Source: Marsupella aquatica
Lineage: Eukaryota > Plantae > Marchantiophyta
NCBI GenBank assembly: GCA_973895155.1
Contig: OZ316894.1
Coordinates: 26,273,240 to 26,337,239, forward strand
DNA: 64,000 bases
Direction of reading: 5' to 3'
Shown here: one piece after another, positions 1 through 13,800 of the stretch
Layout of the letters: each line of letters begins with the position of its first letter
Position numbering within the stretch: position 1 is the stretch's first letter
Position numbers and translations under genes: made by a program
The notes under the pieces: generated by a model
What the model was told of the DNA's origin: nothing
Database searches by the model: none
The model's input: the letters and a program-made list of their open reading frames with translations, nothing else

Positions 1-417
1 GAATAGGTCCCAAAGCTGTTGACCACAAAGGTAAATGGGCAACCTTCTTGCCTCGCTGCGTTTCCACAAAATCATTGAGGTAGTAGGGATGAATATATGT
101 CACACAAATACGACTTCTTTTCTCGATCCAAAACCACAAGAACAACCAGCGTCCCTTTCTTGTAGGTTGGACACCTGCACTCCTTCACTGATCCCGATCA
201 TAAATGAAGTTCACTAAGGCTGAATAGGTCCCAAAGCTGTTGTAACATGCGCAACCTTCTTGCCTCGCTGCGTTTCGACAAAATCATTGAGGTAGTAGGA
301 ATGGATATATGTCACACAAATACGGCTTCTTTTCTCGATCCAAAACCACACGAACAACCAGCGTCCCTTTCTTGTAGGTTGGACACCTGCACTCCTTCCC
401 TGATCCCGATCATAAAT
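1..417. repeat. Two-copy tandem direct repeat, about 200-220 bp unit
   Basis: GAATAGGTCCCAAAGCTGTTG starts at 1 and at 222. The copies (1-205 and 222-417) are highly similar, which explains the near-identical ORFs 35..217 and 247..570. The array may continue left of the window. Confidence 0.9.
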
Positions 418-907
418 TTTCCTTTAATCAGTTGTGAAGTAACCTCTTGTCTTGTCGAGCCCTGCGCAGACACAACATGCAGCAATTACGTCACTGGGAT
501 GACATATTTTACTAATTGTCCTCTCTTGACCTTCATATCGAATGTAGCGAACGATGAAATATCCGATTGAGAATGCATATAGCTAAGTTCCTGTAGTACC
601 ATAGGGGACCGTGTCCGACCTCAGGACACTTCTCACTGGATACAAGTCCGTCAATCGTCTATAATTTTCCATCCCAACAATCCCAGGAACAAAGTGCTAG
701 CTCTCATAGGTAAACATTTAATAAACCAAGACAACTAGCTGCTTGGGCTGGACCCGGTTCTTGTAACTAGCGCTACAAATAAACAAGGAACAACGGTATG
801 TCGCTCCTCCCAGCCAGAGTACAAAGCGATCACCTTATGATATCTTGAACTTCAAGATCGAGAGAAAAATATATAGAAAAGGCAAAATGCCAGCTCTTGA
901 CCTCCAT

Positions 908-3900
908 TTACCAAGGCACATCCCAATTGCTCTCAGAAAATGTAAACGTTAGTTCAAGTAAAGTGTTCTTTCGTACCTCTGGCGCATGATCTATCCTGAC
1001 AATGCCATAATTACGAGATCTGGTCCAGTCGTGATGTCGAAATGAGAATGGCTGACCCACCCCACTGAGACTTCCTGCAGCTCTTAGCAGATAGTATGCT
1101 GACTTTGGCAGTGGGTGGTTGGCTATGGCACTGGTTGTTAGCTGCCGAAAGATCACTTCACGCTCCTTCACAATATCAGAGTGACCCCCACAATGCACAT
1201 CGCCTGCGCAAATTCAATATTGATCGTCAGAGGTAAGATCATATCGGAGATCATTCATCACAGACGCGAGCCTGACATTCAGAGAATAGACATCTCTACG
1301 TCGCTCCCGAAGCATCAGTAATGGAGGATGAAACCATGTCTCTGCCCCCTAGTGGGCTCAGAGAGACCAGAAGGATAGCTCGTTAGGACATGTTGTACAT
1401 CTCTAACATTGAGAATTTGCAAGGCTCCCCAATTTGAGAAGCGATGATGTGGCTGATCGCTCGAAGGGACTCCTTGTCCTAATTTCAAAACACCACACAA
1501 ACACCAAGGCATGGCAGTAGACTAGAACTGTAAATCATCTAAAAAAGTATCCGAATGAACAGAGTACATAGAATCTACAGTAGGATTTAGGAACCTTTGC
1601 CGGCTGAGGCAGGGATTAGCCATGCAGTTGAAATAGATATGATCAATACCCTAGCAGGTAGGTCTTTGCGAATCTCTGAAGTATCTCTAGACGCAAAAGA
1701 AATGTGATATTAGAGTTCGTGTTGTAAACTGCAAGCCTTGTTCGTGTTCCTTTTTGGGTTCTCCTTGCCGAGTAAGGTAATGGGTTCTACACTCTAAAGA
1801 CGTTTCGCTATTTTCACTTTGTACTTGGGTTGCGTACATTTCTGGCGCTGGCTGCTGGTATATGGGACCCAGATTTGAGACTGGCACCCTTCCCAGGGGC
1901 CTTCGTAATCGAGAGGTACACAATCAAAGCACTATACGATAGTGCTAGCGGGAAACAAACGAATGTTTTACAGATAATCTGAATAAGAATTTAACATTAA
2001 AGACTGCGAGGCCACAACTGTTCTTATCAAAAGGATCCTACAAATGATAGCCATGACGACCCACCTCCTAGAACCAGGACTTCACGAGTGCTTGAGGCCT
2101 TCTTCCAGTCCCACAATACATCAATCATCTTTTTCTGCTCTGCAAAATGAGGGGCTGTTGACCAATGACCTTTGAAATCCTCCAACTTTTGCACCCTGTT
2201 TGCAACAACGTCTGTAAAATTGTGCTCCAGAAACACAAGGGGAGCTGGGGTACACACAAGCAGCACTCTCGCACTTTCAAAAATGCCCGCCTTCAGTGCC
2301 TTCTCGATATCTTGCCACTGTCTAGAACCCAAATATTTACAGGTGTCTCCTTGCACACGGTGAAAAGTTCTAGAACCCCGTATATCAAGAAACATAATAC
2401 CCACTCCAGAAATCAAGTGGAAGTGATAGTCCTGTACACGTGTCCGAGAGAATAAACGCTTTCCATCAACATATTTCAATGCCTAACCTTTGGCAATGGT
2501 CTCTAAATAGTGAGGAAACGAAAGGGGTCAAGAGGAATGAGAGACTTCCCGAGAAAAAATTACGAGGTAAATATTTAAGTTGTCTGAGGTTGAATTTGGC
2601 TCGTGGGACTCACTACAAACAGGTATGACTGTTAAAATGTCAAGGTGCACACTGAAATTGGTTCTTTAGCGTTCACGAAATACTAACAACCTTTGGAAGT
2701 ACGAAATCCTCTAGAAAAGGAACACAAGTAGAAGGCCTGAGCCAAAATTGATTTCCCCTGGAGGAGTATGGAGAATTGTAATTCTTGCTTGAAATTCTGG
2801 GTACATTCTCACGCCTAAGTGCTATGTAAAGGGATGGGTTGGTAATCAAGAGACGTCTCAGACACTTGATCAACTACAGAATTCAACAGATGATATAGAT
2901 GGCTTGCTAATTGCACTATCCACCAATTGGGACCTGATGTGAGTTGTCTTAGATGCAAATCCTCCCAAAACCTCTACAAGACAGTCTAGCAGTCTGACAT
3001 GCGATGTTAGCGACATCCTGCTATCGTACCTTGTCAATAAGCTCCAACTGGTCAAAGTTGACATCCTCATGAAGCTGCCGTTGATACTCCAGGTTAACCT
3101 TCCAAGCACATCGAGCAATAAAGAAATCGACACCGCTACTGTCCCAGTCACCTGGCACATCTGCCCAATTATCACGAACCTCGTGATCATCATAAATCAT
3201 CAGGTTGGGGCAATTTGCTAGGCAGTAGGCAGTGGGCGTATGTGCCCAGGTCCTCCGATAAATATTTCGGTAAGACTCACAAATTTTCTCTGCCTGCTCC
3301 TCCCACTGATGTTTGGGACTGTTTGCAAGTCCTGCCTTGGACTTCCTAAAGCAATCCGACCAATCCCCGGGCATCAGACCTACAGCTGCATCTAACATCT
3401 TGTCACCGTCACCATATATCTGTTACCAAGTACACAACCAATTCATCAATTTAAGAGCTCGGCTGACTGTCATTCACAGTATTTCGTCAATTCTAAGATA
3501 AACGTGATTTAACGCTATTGTTTGACAGCCTTGGTCGATTGTGGGGTCATTTTGAATGTTACCACTTCGTGCAGGATTTCAGACAAGAACAAAATTTGCG
3601 TCCGGCAAGGTGAAAGAGGACGTAGCAATCCTCGCTCTAACAATTCCAAATTATATTTCCTTCATCGACGACTTTTCTAGCTCATAAGTTGATCCTATAC
3701 AAGCATAACAGCACCGTCTCGCAAACTTTCATGGAAACTTGTGGTAACATGCCAGAAGTTATTCAACCTGCTTTAAGGATAACGACACGAACCTGATCCC
3801 CAAGATGCAAGCACATGTCGATTTTCCTTTGTTCAATGGCCTTGGCGAGATGACACCACAGATCAGAATGACTTGTAATCTCCTTTTCTGTAACAAAAAT

Positions 3901-4506
3901 CTTGTTGCAGCTAATAACTGCAAAGTTAACCGATGGAGAACTCTCGGCTGGGAAAGTCCAGAAACTACTACCCTGATTGGCCGATACTTGACACCCTTTC
4001 AGTTTGACAATGTATCTGGTTGCAGGATCCAAATTTTCAAAAACGAAAATTCCAGGTCTGCCTGCCACCAGCATCTTTTGAACAATTGGGTGGCCTCCAT
4101 GCATATGGTTGGTTCCTACCGTTTCGAGTGGAGGACTCTCCTTTACAAGCATGATCGCAACTTGGCGACTCTCACTGATTTCGAGAAGAATTCTAGCAGA
4201 AGTTGGTGTGACTTTGCCTATCACCGGTCCCAATTGCACAATTGGTAGCTCGGGAGGATCAACGAGAAGGTCCTTCGGGATACCAGTCCAGCTGTCTCTC
4301 CTTGAAATGCTCGTGATTTTTTCCACAGTCGAGATGAACTTCCTTTGTGCGCTCTTCTTCACTGATTGCCAATTCGGGGAATGGTGCCGGGGATAGGACC
4401 TAGGAGGAATATATTCGCTACTGTCATTCTCCCCTGTAGAGCCTTCGCTGTTCTCCAAATTCCTTGGAGAGCCATCTATCTTCTCAGGAATCAGCAAGTC
4501 AGCCAT
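908..4506 (-). CDS. PhoD-family (alkaline phosphatase D-like) metallophosphoesterase, about 588 aa, 4 coding exons
   Basis: Exons 4506-3793, 3419-3030, 2431-2065 and 1203-908 have GT-AG borders and join in frame (1767 nt). Motifs: LGPVIGKVTPTSARI (N-terminal domain), SCN, HLGDQIYGD, IYDDHEVRDNW, LDIRG, LGGDVHCG, matching the PhoD metal-binding pattern. Confidence 0.85.
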
Positions 4507-6785
4507 TATTGTGTACTTGGGATCTTATGAACCTGGTAAAATACACCCAAATACAAAAAAAAAGAACTGGATGGGGCGTTCACATTCAAAACTCGGGTTG
4601 CGCCTGTGGCCGCAAAGTACTTCTTCTAGTCAGTGAGTCATTGCCTCCCTCCTTGTAAGGACGGTGACCGTACAGAGGAGACCGTAGAGTTCTTGGTCAG
4701 GTGTGACAGCTACAGCATAAAAGCTGAAGATTATGATCGATGCTCGACACAGGAAAAAAATTGCTATAATCAGATGCGTTTGATCGTTCTACGGTTGATC
4801 CGACTCTTCTTCGTGTCTTCCAAAACGACCGTAGCCAGTGCCATGTGGACTATATCGCGTTATCGAAAATCTGAACAACAAAAACAGTACGCCTCCTTCA
4901 AGTTAAAACCAGATTAACAGTCGAGATGCGTTTCCCATGAGGCATACGAAGACAGTGAGAGGTGCTTGAATCTAGTTAGAAGGGCGTCTCTCTATGTTAC
5001 GAAACCCACCGTGCTATGCGTGTCGGGAATCTGGTACTAGAGAACGTCCAGCTACTCTCTATGTCGTTACTTTTCTCTACTAACCTTATCCTTGTCTAAC
5101 TAAGCTGCTGCATAATGGTTACTCCCACTCATTCTGCCTTACAGGTTAACTGTGCTCGCCAACGATCTCAAAGTTTTCTGGAGATACTTCCCCCAGTCTA
5201 CAGAATTTATGCCATCTCTTCAAGCCGACATACAACACCGCCCCTCACTACCAGGCTCTGACTTTCGCTCCTAATTATTCCGTCTAGGTGGGATTCTTTC
5301 GGGGCCCGCAGGGTAACAAATTCAATGTTTTATGAGGAAACTGACAATTCTCTTAGTCCCCAATTTCAAACATCCGCCTCGTATCCGCGATTTCCGACCC
5401 ACTACCCTGATCTAAAAGCAGGGGCCAATCCTCTGCGGAAATTGCTCTCTAACTAAATCTGATCGAAGAAAATTGGATTGAATTGAATTTCATCGGACCA
5501 ATCAGCATAGTGTACAGCTCGGAGGGCCAAGTTGCCCTCGGATCAGGATATCAATTCAATCCATGCCATTGGAAAAGTCACAACCCGAAGGAGGCAACTT
5601 CTTCCATCAAATTCTATACACTTCAAACTCGTCTCATTCGCACTGTTACTGCTCGTTGCTCGTGAATCTACTTACCTACACAGGGCAGCCACATAAAGCC
5701 CTGAAGAGGCTGCACCACTATGGAAGAAAGACGGAGCTCAAAGTTCAGTTTCCCTGCTGCCATCCCAGCTCGACTGGAGAAAGGGCAACACTCATCAAAT
5801 GGCACCGACATCTCGGACCCCTGCTTGCAATTTATTCAGTAATCGTCACGGGCGTGTTGAGCTTGGATTGCCTTTGAGGAGGAAACGAGAGGCAGGACCA
5901 AAATCGGATCCCTCAGAGCGATCATTTAGAAAAAAATCTTGTGGCTACAACACAACCCAGATGTGAAATCAACACGTCTGGTCTTCTCACTGCCCGCACA
6001 CTTCGCACACTTCATTGACGGAGTACAGCACACGTTTTACCGGACTTCCACAACAACAGCGCACACGCACACGACACAGTTCGCGAATCCAAGGCAAAGT
6101 ACCTTCTTAATCCAATCCATCAATCAAGCAATAACCATTTGAATCACATTCCCTCCCACCATCTTCTCCTCTTTTCTTCTTTCTACTCTATTCTCTGATC
6201 TGATCCGCATCTTCAGCTCTTCAGCAACACACATCCTGTTGCAACATCCTCCAACAAACAAACTACAGAGTGACACAAGAGTTTCACAGCACAGCTTATC
6301 GGGGGGTGCTCTGCAGCACCGCATATACCCCCTGACGCCTGGGCTCCGCCTTTCGCCATTCCCACATCATTGCCCTCGATCGACCGCACACGGTCGATAG
6401 TCTTTTCGTTTCTTCCCCGTCACGATTATCAACAACACAATGCTCCTCGTAGACTTCTCCATTTCTCTAGACACCCATCTCATTATTAAAAAAATAAACA
6501 TTTATCTTGCCATCACAACTACTGTATAAACTATAAACTATAGGGTTTAGTACTTTGTCTAAAAATGATTTGAGAAAAGTTGGTTTATTTTTCATAGCAT
6601 GATGGTTTTACAAGATACCGGCAACCCGGTGCCCACAGTAACCCGAAGGCCACCGGGTGCCTAATGTAACTCGAAACCATCGCGGAAAAAACCAGCGGGG
6701 CACAGAGAAAAACAAAAACAAGGGGCCAGAGCAAGCTACAACCAAACGCCGCAGTGCCAGAAGCCTACCATAGAGAACCCGGCCG

Positions 6786-6990
6786 ACCAAGTAAGAGGCT
6801 GGGTAGGGGAATGGATTGAAATCAACTACCTAGGGACACACATGTCATGGGTCACCAAGTAAAAACCTGGGTAGGGGAATGGGTCAAAGAGCCACCTAGA
6901 AACACAAATGTCATAGGTCACCAAGTACAATCCTGAGTAGGGGAATGGGTCAAAGTCAGCCACCTAGGGGAACACACATGTCATGAGTCC
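6786..6990. repeat. Three-copy tandem repeat, 66-68 bp unit
   Basis: ACCAAGTA...GGTAGGGGAATGG...CACCTAG...ACACA.ATGTCAT units begin at 6786, 6854 and 6920. Confidence 0.85.
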
Positions 6991-7049
6991 AAGAACTAAT
7001 CCTATCAATGGGATTCAAGGAGGGTGTCATCCTCCCATATTGAAAGATT

Positions 7050-9500
7050 TCTAGAGCCTTGATTCTATATTACCATGAGTAATCATGCTCTCTGTGAGTC
7101 TAATTGTGATGTTGTGCTTACTACTACTCTTTGTCTAGTATGCTGCTTGCAATCATGCATGACAACACAGCAATCTTGTCTAATAGCCCTCCTGCAGTGG
7201 ATGATGTCTACACTGTCTAGATCTAGAAGTAAGCATCATTTATTTTAACATTGTTGATTTAATTTCTTGTTGTGGCCCCATAAATCATCTCCATTAACCT
7301 CCAATTTGAGATTCCAGCTTTTTTCAAACTTCTAGTAAGCTGAGGAGTAACACAAACACTCACAGCAGTCCCATGGAGAGTGAGTTGCAGTGGGAGCCAA
7401 GTAACATTAGCTTGATACATGCATTGTCATCTCCCACTGCAATGTGTTCAAGTTCAATGTCATAAGTGGGTGTGAGTGATGGCATGTGTTGTAAGTGCCG
7501 AGGGGTAAATATCATGCTTAACACCTTCCAAAAATCAAGATTAACACTTGGAGAGGACTGGGATTAAAGGACTGGTGTCATCCTCCCAGATTGAAAGCCC
7601 TGGTTATGGCTAGCTACATCAGCCACAAGGGAGAATTCTCCTAGAAGGTAGAAAACTTCTACAATCACACAATCTCTGTCAAAGACATTCAGCTATCTTT
7701 TCAAAAGAAGAACAAGCTCATCTAGAGAGAGGTAAGTAGGAATTTTCTAAGCAACAATGACAAAGTGGAGATTAGTATATATGAGATGATCCCAACCCCT
7801 GGGCATGCAGTTGAGATCAAGTTGGTGCAAAAGCAACCTTCAGACAGGCCGGGGGAGAGAATGAGGATGTCACTAGAGCTCAAGAAGTTTTTGCTCCTAA
7901 GAATGATTTTGATCAGTGACCTTACCATACCCACCTAGGAAGTCAAACCAGTTAGGATTTTGGTGATGCTGCTCAACACCTTACAGGCTTCAGATGGAAG
8001 CTCAGACAGTTTGATCACGGCCAGACCCCTTCTTTGTATTGTTGGGTGTTTTATCTAGTGATAGTGTCCCAAGGAACTAGTGTGTTTGATCATGGCCAGA
8101 CCCCCTTCTTTGTATTGTCGGGTATTATCTAGTGACAGTGTTGCAAGGAACCAGTGTTTGAATCATTGTTATTATTTCTAATTACTTGTATCTGGTCTGC
8201 TTAATATATCTGAGTAACTTAAGTTGATACACAGGAATCCCATGTGCAACGTGCTTCAAAAGAACTAAATGTCACCATCCTTGGGTATGACCTTAATGAC
8301 CCTAGTGGAGGCTTTTGAAGGGAGTAATCCATCCCTTCAGGAAGCCCTGACTGATCATTACAAAAGAGTAAATTATAATCAACTCCCTACAATCTTGTAG
8401 AATCTCATTTGTAACTAAACCGCATTCAGTCTTTGGTGATTTTTCATTGAGAAATCCATTAGAACAACTGTGATCTCTTCCTCACTAGGCTCTTCCATGA
8501 GCTCACCATTTATGCACAACATTCATTTTGGTTGGCATAAAGGACAGTATTTCTGCACTTCCAGTTGGATTGTTGTGAACATTCTCACCAGCTTTGACAG
8601 ATCCTGCAATAAGCAGAGGCTTTGTCAAGAGTTTAATTACTTATGATATTAGAGTCTCATTGGATAAAGTAGGATTTTCATGGTTTCTCTGCTACATTTG
8701 GCCTTCATTTGCAAGAGGTTGGAGGTAAAGATTAATGCATCTATCTTAAATAGATTAACTTCTTGGTGCTGGTGCTAAAGTCTTGGAGAGCAAAGGTCAT
8801 GAAGACTTATGGAGATGGTTTTACATGGTTTGCTAGTTGTCATGATCAATCTGCCCAATTTTGCCCAATTGTTAAAATAACTATGATCTAACGGAATCTG
8901 GTCGCGAGGAGCTTGGTGGGTGAGTGATAGCAGTTGTTGCACAGAGGTAAGTGTCTACAACATCAACAATATCAATAAATATTGCCCCCTCACTGCCATG
9001 TATGAGTGGGCTGGGTCCAACAAAGTTTTTGGGTTTCTCAACCATATTATAGCCACAACTTTGTCTAGAATGAACATCATAAATTGTGGAATCATGTGAA
9101 AAAATGTTTATTTCCTAGTCTCTGGATGTTTGATCTTGTAGGACATTTGCAAGTTGAATTCGTCTTTGGTTTTTGTTGGTAGCATCATTGCATTTGTATT
9201 CATATTTTGGGTCCAATAATAGTATTACAAGCCCAATTACAAGTCCTAATATAGTCCACCTTAGTCTACCTATGTCATTACTGGTATAGCAGATCCACAT
9301 GTTTGTACCTATACCTGGTCGACAATATGGAGATTTAATTTGTTTTTATATATCTTGCATGACAAGGCCATTGCCCTGCCTTGTATAGTTGTCGTTGTGG
9401 CAGTGTCATCATTGTGGGAGTTTGTGCTTGTGCAAAATGTGGTCCTTATGTACACATTCTTGTTGGACAAATCTGGGTTGTTGAATAGTATGGAACTTGC
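7050..9500 (-). mobile_element. Decayed LINE (L1-like) retrotransposon remnant
   Basis: Minus-strand translation near 8270-8510 gives EEPSEEEI, KSPKTECGLVTNEILQDCRELI and DGLLPSKASTRVIKVIPKDGD, resembling the KSPGxDG...IxLIPK region before LINE RT. Many stops and frameshifts; boundaries approximate. Confidence 0.55.
8009..8160. repeat. Two-copy tandem duplication, about 75 bp
   Basis: GTTTGATCA.GGCCAGACCCC.TTCTTTGTATTGT.GGGT...TATCTAGTGA.AGTGT...AAGGAAC.AGTGT occurs twice. Confidence 0.85.
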
Positions 9501-10974
9501 AAGGTGAAATCAAGGGGTTGTTGAATGATACAGATGACCGCAAGTTTAAAGCAGGGGATAGAGTGTGTAAACTGGTAGAGAGAGTTGGGGCCAGCACTAT
9601 GGCAAGAGCCCCAAATAAGGCTAATTTGAGAGAGAATTTAGATGTAAGGGGGGATCGGGCAAAGATTAACCCTTTTTTCTTGCCCCTTCCATTTTATACT
9701 CCTGTCCTTTGCTCCTTACAAGCCCCTTCTTACATGTTCCCTCAACTCACTTCCTGCTCGACTTCTTTCAAGGAATTGCCAATGTGGAATGCATTGATTG
9801 ACACAAAAGATCATGGGCAAACCAGTGTCAGATGCCAATGAGATGCAAAGAAAAATAACTGAAGGTGAAAGGCAAACCAACCTATTCGAGCTGAAAAAGA
9901 AAACTGTGTAAACAAAAGAATATGTCCGGTAATAATGTAAAGGGAAAAAATGGGAGGCAAGGGTAAATAAATAGAATGGGGGCCAAAAAGAAGCAATGTG
10001 GGAGGGCAAATGATCCGGCCACATCGAATTGCCCCACCCCAAAAGAAAAACAAAACCCACCCCACCTCCAAAATAGCAGGCAAGGTTGGAGGGGCGTGCC
10101 AAAGGATTCACCTTGGCCCCATGAATTCACCCCTATTCCAAAATAAATATGGGAACCAAAAACACGTTCGCCCTTCCCTCCAACACAATCAAAAGATGAG
10201 AGGAAAAAACAGCAAGGATTTTTTTTATAACAAATAAATCCAAAAATTCAAAATTCAGGACCCCAAGTGCATTGAATTTTCCACTTTCTGCACTTTCTCA
10301 ATGCATACTAATAATACTCTTATATAGATTTAGAATTTTAACATATATTCTGGAGCTTTCTATCACTTTACTCAGGTGGATGTAACAGTTGTCAACGTTT
10401 CTCTTGACGTTTTCACAGTTTTTTAATATTAACAACAACAGAGTATTTGCAGTCACACTAGTGGACCCGGCTTCACTACATGAATGAGGAGTTAATTATT
10501 AAATATGGTTGTAAATTAGTTTAGCGGGTTATCTCTTTGCAGAAGAATATAATCTTTGCTTTATTTGAATCTAGGATTAGAGAGTTAAATTTTGTCTACT
10601 AGTCACTTTTTGCATGAATGTAAAGCTAAGAATCAAATTGAAGTTATTATATTGTCCTTTTCTCTTTGTCATTTACATAAGTTTTCCACCCAATGCCCCC
10701 TTCATTTATTTACTGTTCACTTTTTGTAGAAAATTTCCCCTCCTTTTCAACTAAAACAGTTTATTTTTCATGCTGTCTCTTTGGCTCCCAATCAAAATAT
10801 TCAAAAACATATTTTTTTAGGGGATTTTGCCTTTTGTGCGAGGATTCAGATGGCAGTACTTCTGTATACCATGTACAGGGCATTCCTTACCAGGCAGGAT
10901 ATTAATAAGTAATGCTTCTTGAGCACAACGTTTGAGCACGTTTTGTCTCTCCTTTCAAGTTTGTAAATAGATGA

Positions 10975-11132
10975 GAGATGTGCTTGATGGACCCCAAACC
11001 AAAGTTTACTCCCAACCCAATCCCATGAGGTTTTGGTTACGTTGACTTAAGGTCTATCAAAGGTCTGGCTCAATCATAACCCGGGTCCATCAAATAACCA
11101 TTTTCATTCTGGGGGTCCATCAAGTAAATCTC
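10975..11132 (+). mobile_element. MITE-like element, family B, copy 1
   Basis: Terminal inverted repeats GAGATGTGCTTGATGGACCCC (10975-10995) and GGGGTCCATCAAGTAAATCTC (11112-11132) match at 19/21. A related copy lies inverted at 41280-41451. Confidence 0.7.
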
Positions 11133-13800
11133 TTGTAAACTACCACGAGTTTTGTGTTCTCCTTTCAAGTTTACAAATGGATCATGGGATGTCTATGTTT
11201 GGTGGGATTGTTTAGTGTAGTTGTAGGTAACCTACAGGTACAGTTTTAAAGGACCCTGTGTACAATATACCAGTTCATTGCCTTACCTTGCCTGTGAGAG
11301 CATGAAGTTGCAATGGATATGGCATGGATATATTGGCCATTCCTAAACAGTTAAATAAATCATTTATTACACTTTCTATGTTTTGAGACCAAAATTTGCA
11401 TAATTGAAGTCCTAAGGATGTATTCTCACAAATAGTCGTATGCTTGAAAAGTGCACAATCCTGAAAAAACAAAAAAAAATGACATCCTACACCTTTAGCC
11501 AACACTGGTTCGAACCACAACTCAGGTCGTTTTTTTTTTTGCTTGATTGAGTGGTGTTGTCTAGTCCAATATGTCTCCCCCTGTGAACTGTAGCTTGTCA
11601 GTGGAGAGGTAGTCCAATCTCATTTGACAGCAACCACGAAAAGTCGAAAATGGGATTATGTGGGTGATATGGGACCAAGAGAGCGTTAATGACTGCTGTG
11701 GGGACTGGGGAGCAATCGCACTCTGTATAATAATTATCCCGTTGAGCTACTGTGGATGGGATTAGATTGATGTTGTGATGCGGGAAGGGATGCAGTGTGA
11801 TGCAGTGGGATGCAAGATGCAGTGGGATGCAGGGAGAAACGAGGTTATGGAGGAGGAGCATGGGCTGTTGTAAAGATGGAGTGATGGAGGTGTACATAAT
11901 TATACACCAGGGTCCGTTGCTGTTGCTCTATCGACACCTACAGTAGATAGGCTGTCCAGTCGGTTGCGATGCAGATCTAAAGGGGTATGGCGGGAAGCTC
12001 AGTAGCAATGCAGGCGGCTAGTCCTTGCTGTCTAGCTGGGCAATGCTAGGGCCGAACTGCTGCTGCTGCTCCAGCTGCTGCCCGTGATTGCTCAGTGATG
12101 GTTTCTTTCATGATCGTTGGTGATCGTTGGTGTCACGATCCTCAGTGATCTGTTCTTCAAGGTAGCAGTGCAAAGAGAGTGTCTGGTCTTGTGATCGTCG
12201 ATGAGGAGGGAGTGCCTTCGGTGTCACGATCCTCGCCAGTGCTTGTAGAAGCAAAGGTTGGAGAAAGAAGTGAGGCATTGTTTGTTCTCACTGACTTCGA
12301 GAGTTTGTTCTGGTCCCCCCTCGAGGTGGCAGATCTTCCTGCTCAGTCTCACACAGCTACTTAATTCCAAAGCAACTCCCAGTTCGATCAGCTCAGCTCC
12401 GCTCCTTTCTGGTCTTCTCCATGCAACTCAGCTTGAGGGAGTGTGAACATTGAGCTTGATGGAGTGTGAGCATTGTAGTTGTGTGTGAATGGTTTCTGCT
12501 CGGCTCGTTGTTCTGAGGCTTAAGTCGTGACTGGCTCCTCTGTTTATTTCTCACCGACATTTGGCAGGAGCGGCATTGAGTCTGCGTTGGGTTTTTTGTC
12601 CCCAATCTTTCTCTTCTTGCGCTGGCCCGTTATCTTTTTTACATTCTACTGATCTTGTCTGGCTCAACTCTCCAAAAGAAGGGATGGCATCTCCATCTTC
12701 TTATCTGGAAGTGTAATAGAGGAGCCCACGTAGCAATTGGAGAGTTGGATATCGTCGTGGTTGTGGAGACGTTCCGTCGCAATTGTATAAGTCCTTCTTT
12801 AATGAATCGGAGGTTTCCTTCGGAATTTGTGATCTCCCTGTTGCTTGTAGCCATCGGCGAATGGTGACCTAAGGCTTGTGGAAGTGGAATTGACAGCTGT
12901 GGATGCAGCCATTCCCTGGAAATGTGACATCGGTGCTCGGTGAGGGAATTGAGAATGCGATTAGGGCAAAACGAGCTCCGGACATCAAAATAGTTCTCCA
13001 ATCCTGTATCACAGAGTTGTCTTCCTAGTTGAAAGCGTTCTTCGCTTTCGTCCGTGGAAGTCATCTTTCTGTCATCTTTCTGCCAGGATGCCGATTTACT
13101 CTCTCTTGGATTGAATTTCATCGCACTTCATCTACGTCTTCTGCTACTTCCCTCTACTGGCAGCTTCGCCTCCGCATTCGCCGTCTTGTGTTTCGTGGCC
13201 TGTCCATCGGAACAGTGGGATTGCAACGATTCAACCACCTTCTTGCAGTCTGTTGCCGACAAACTATCACACGATTGGATTCCATGTTGTAAGATATTGG
13301 ATGGTTGCGACCGAACAGGTAACCTCACGAACATGAATGTGCTCTACTGAAGATCAGCTGAAATTCTGTGATGTCAACGATCACTTCGACTTGACGGGCT
13401 ACGAATCCTTCTCTTGCTTTTGTCGAGGCATTTCTCCTGCAGTTTGACTCTCGAGGAACAATCCCAGTCTGAATGCGGACAGTCAGAGACCTGATGATTG
13501 CAACGGAATCTCTGGTTACCCTTCAACACGGACCGTAGTATCGCTCACAGGTAGACCGTACCTCAGTTTTATGATGTTCACAGTGATGCGAAGAGTCTCC
13601 GCCCAGCTAAATTCAGCTAAATAATCAAGCCCAGGTGGGTTTTTTCTGATAACGATGAAGGTAGCCGGCAGACAGTTAGTCGTGGACTTCTCGGCGAATT
13701 TCTAGTCCGCGAAATTCAACACCCTCTCACGGATCACTACTACTCGGTTACACTCTATTTGGTGATACCTGCGGTGGCATTCCCTCTTAGCAAGGAGAAT

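Noticed and set aside
35-570. Two similar + strand ORFs (60 and 107 aa) that look like paralogous peptides
   Set aside because: The DNA tandem repeat explains the similarity and there are no recognisable motifs.
6321-6328. P1BS-like GCATATAC upstream of the PhoD gene
   Set aside because: It is a single degenerate 8-mer 1.8 kb from the ATG, expected by chance.
11598-13350. Cluster of 60-160 aa ORFs on both strands upstream of XRI1
   Set aside because: No recognisable domain or consistent exon chain. Probably promoter, UTR or decayed repeat.
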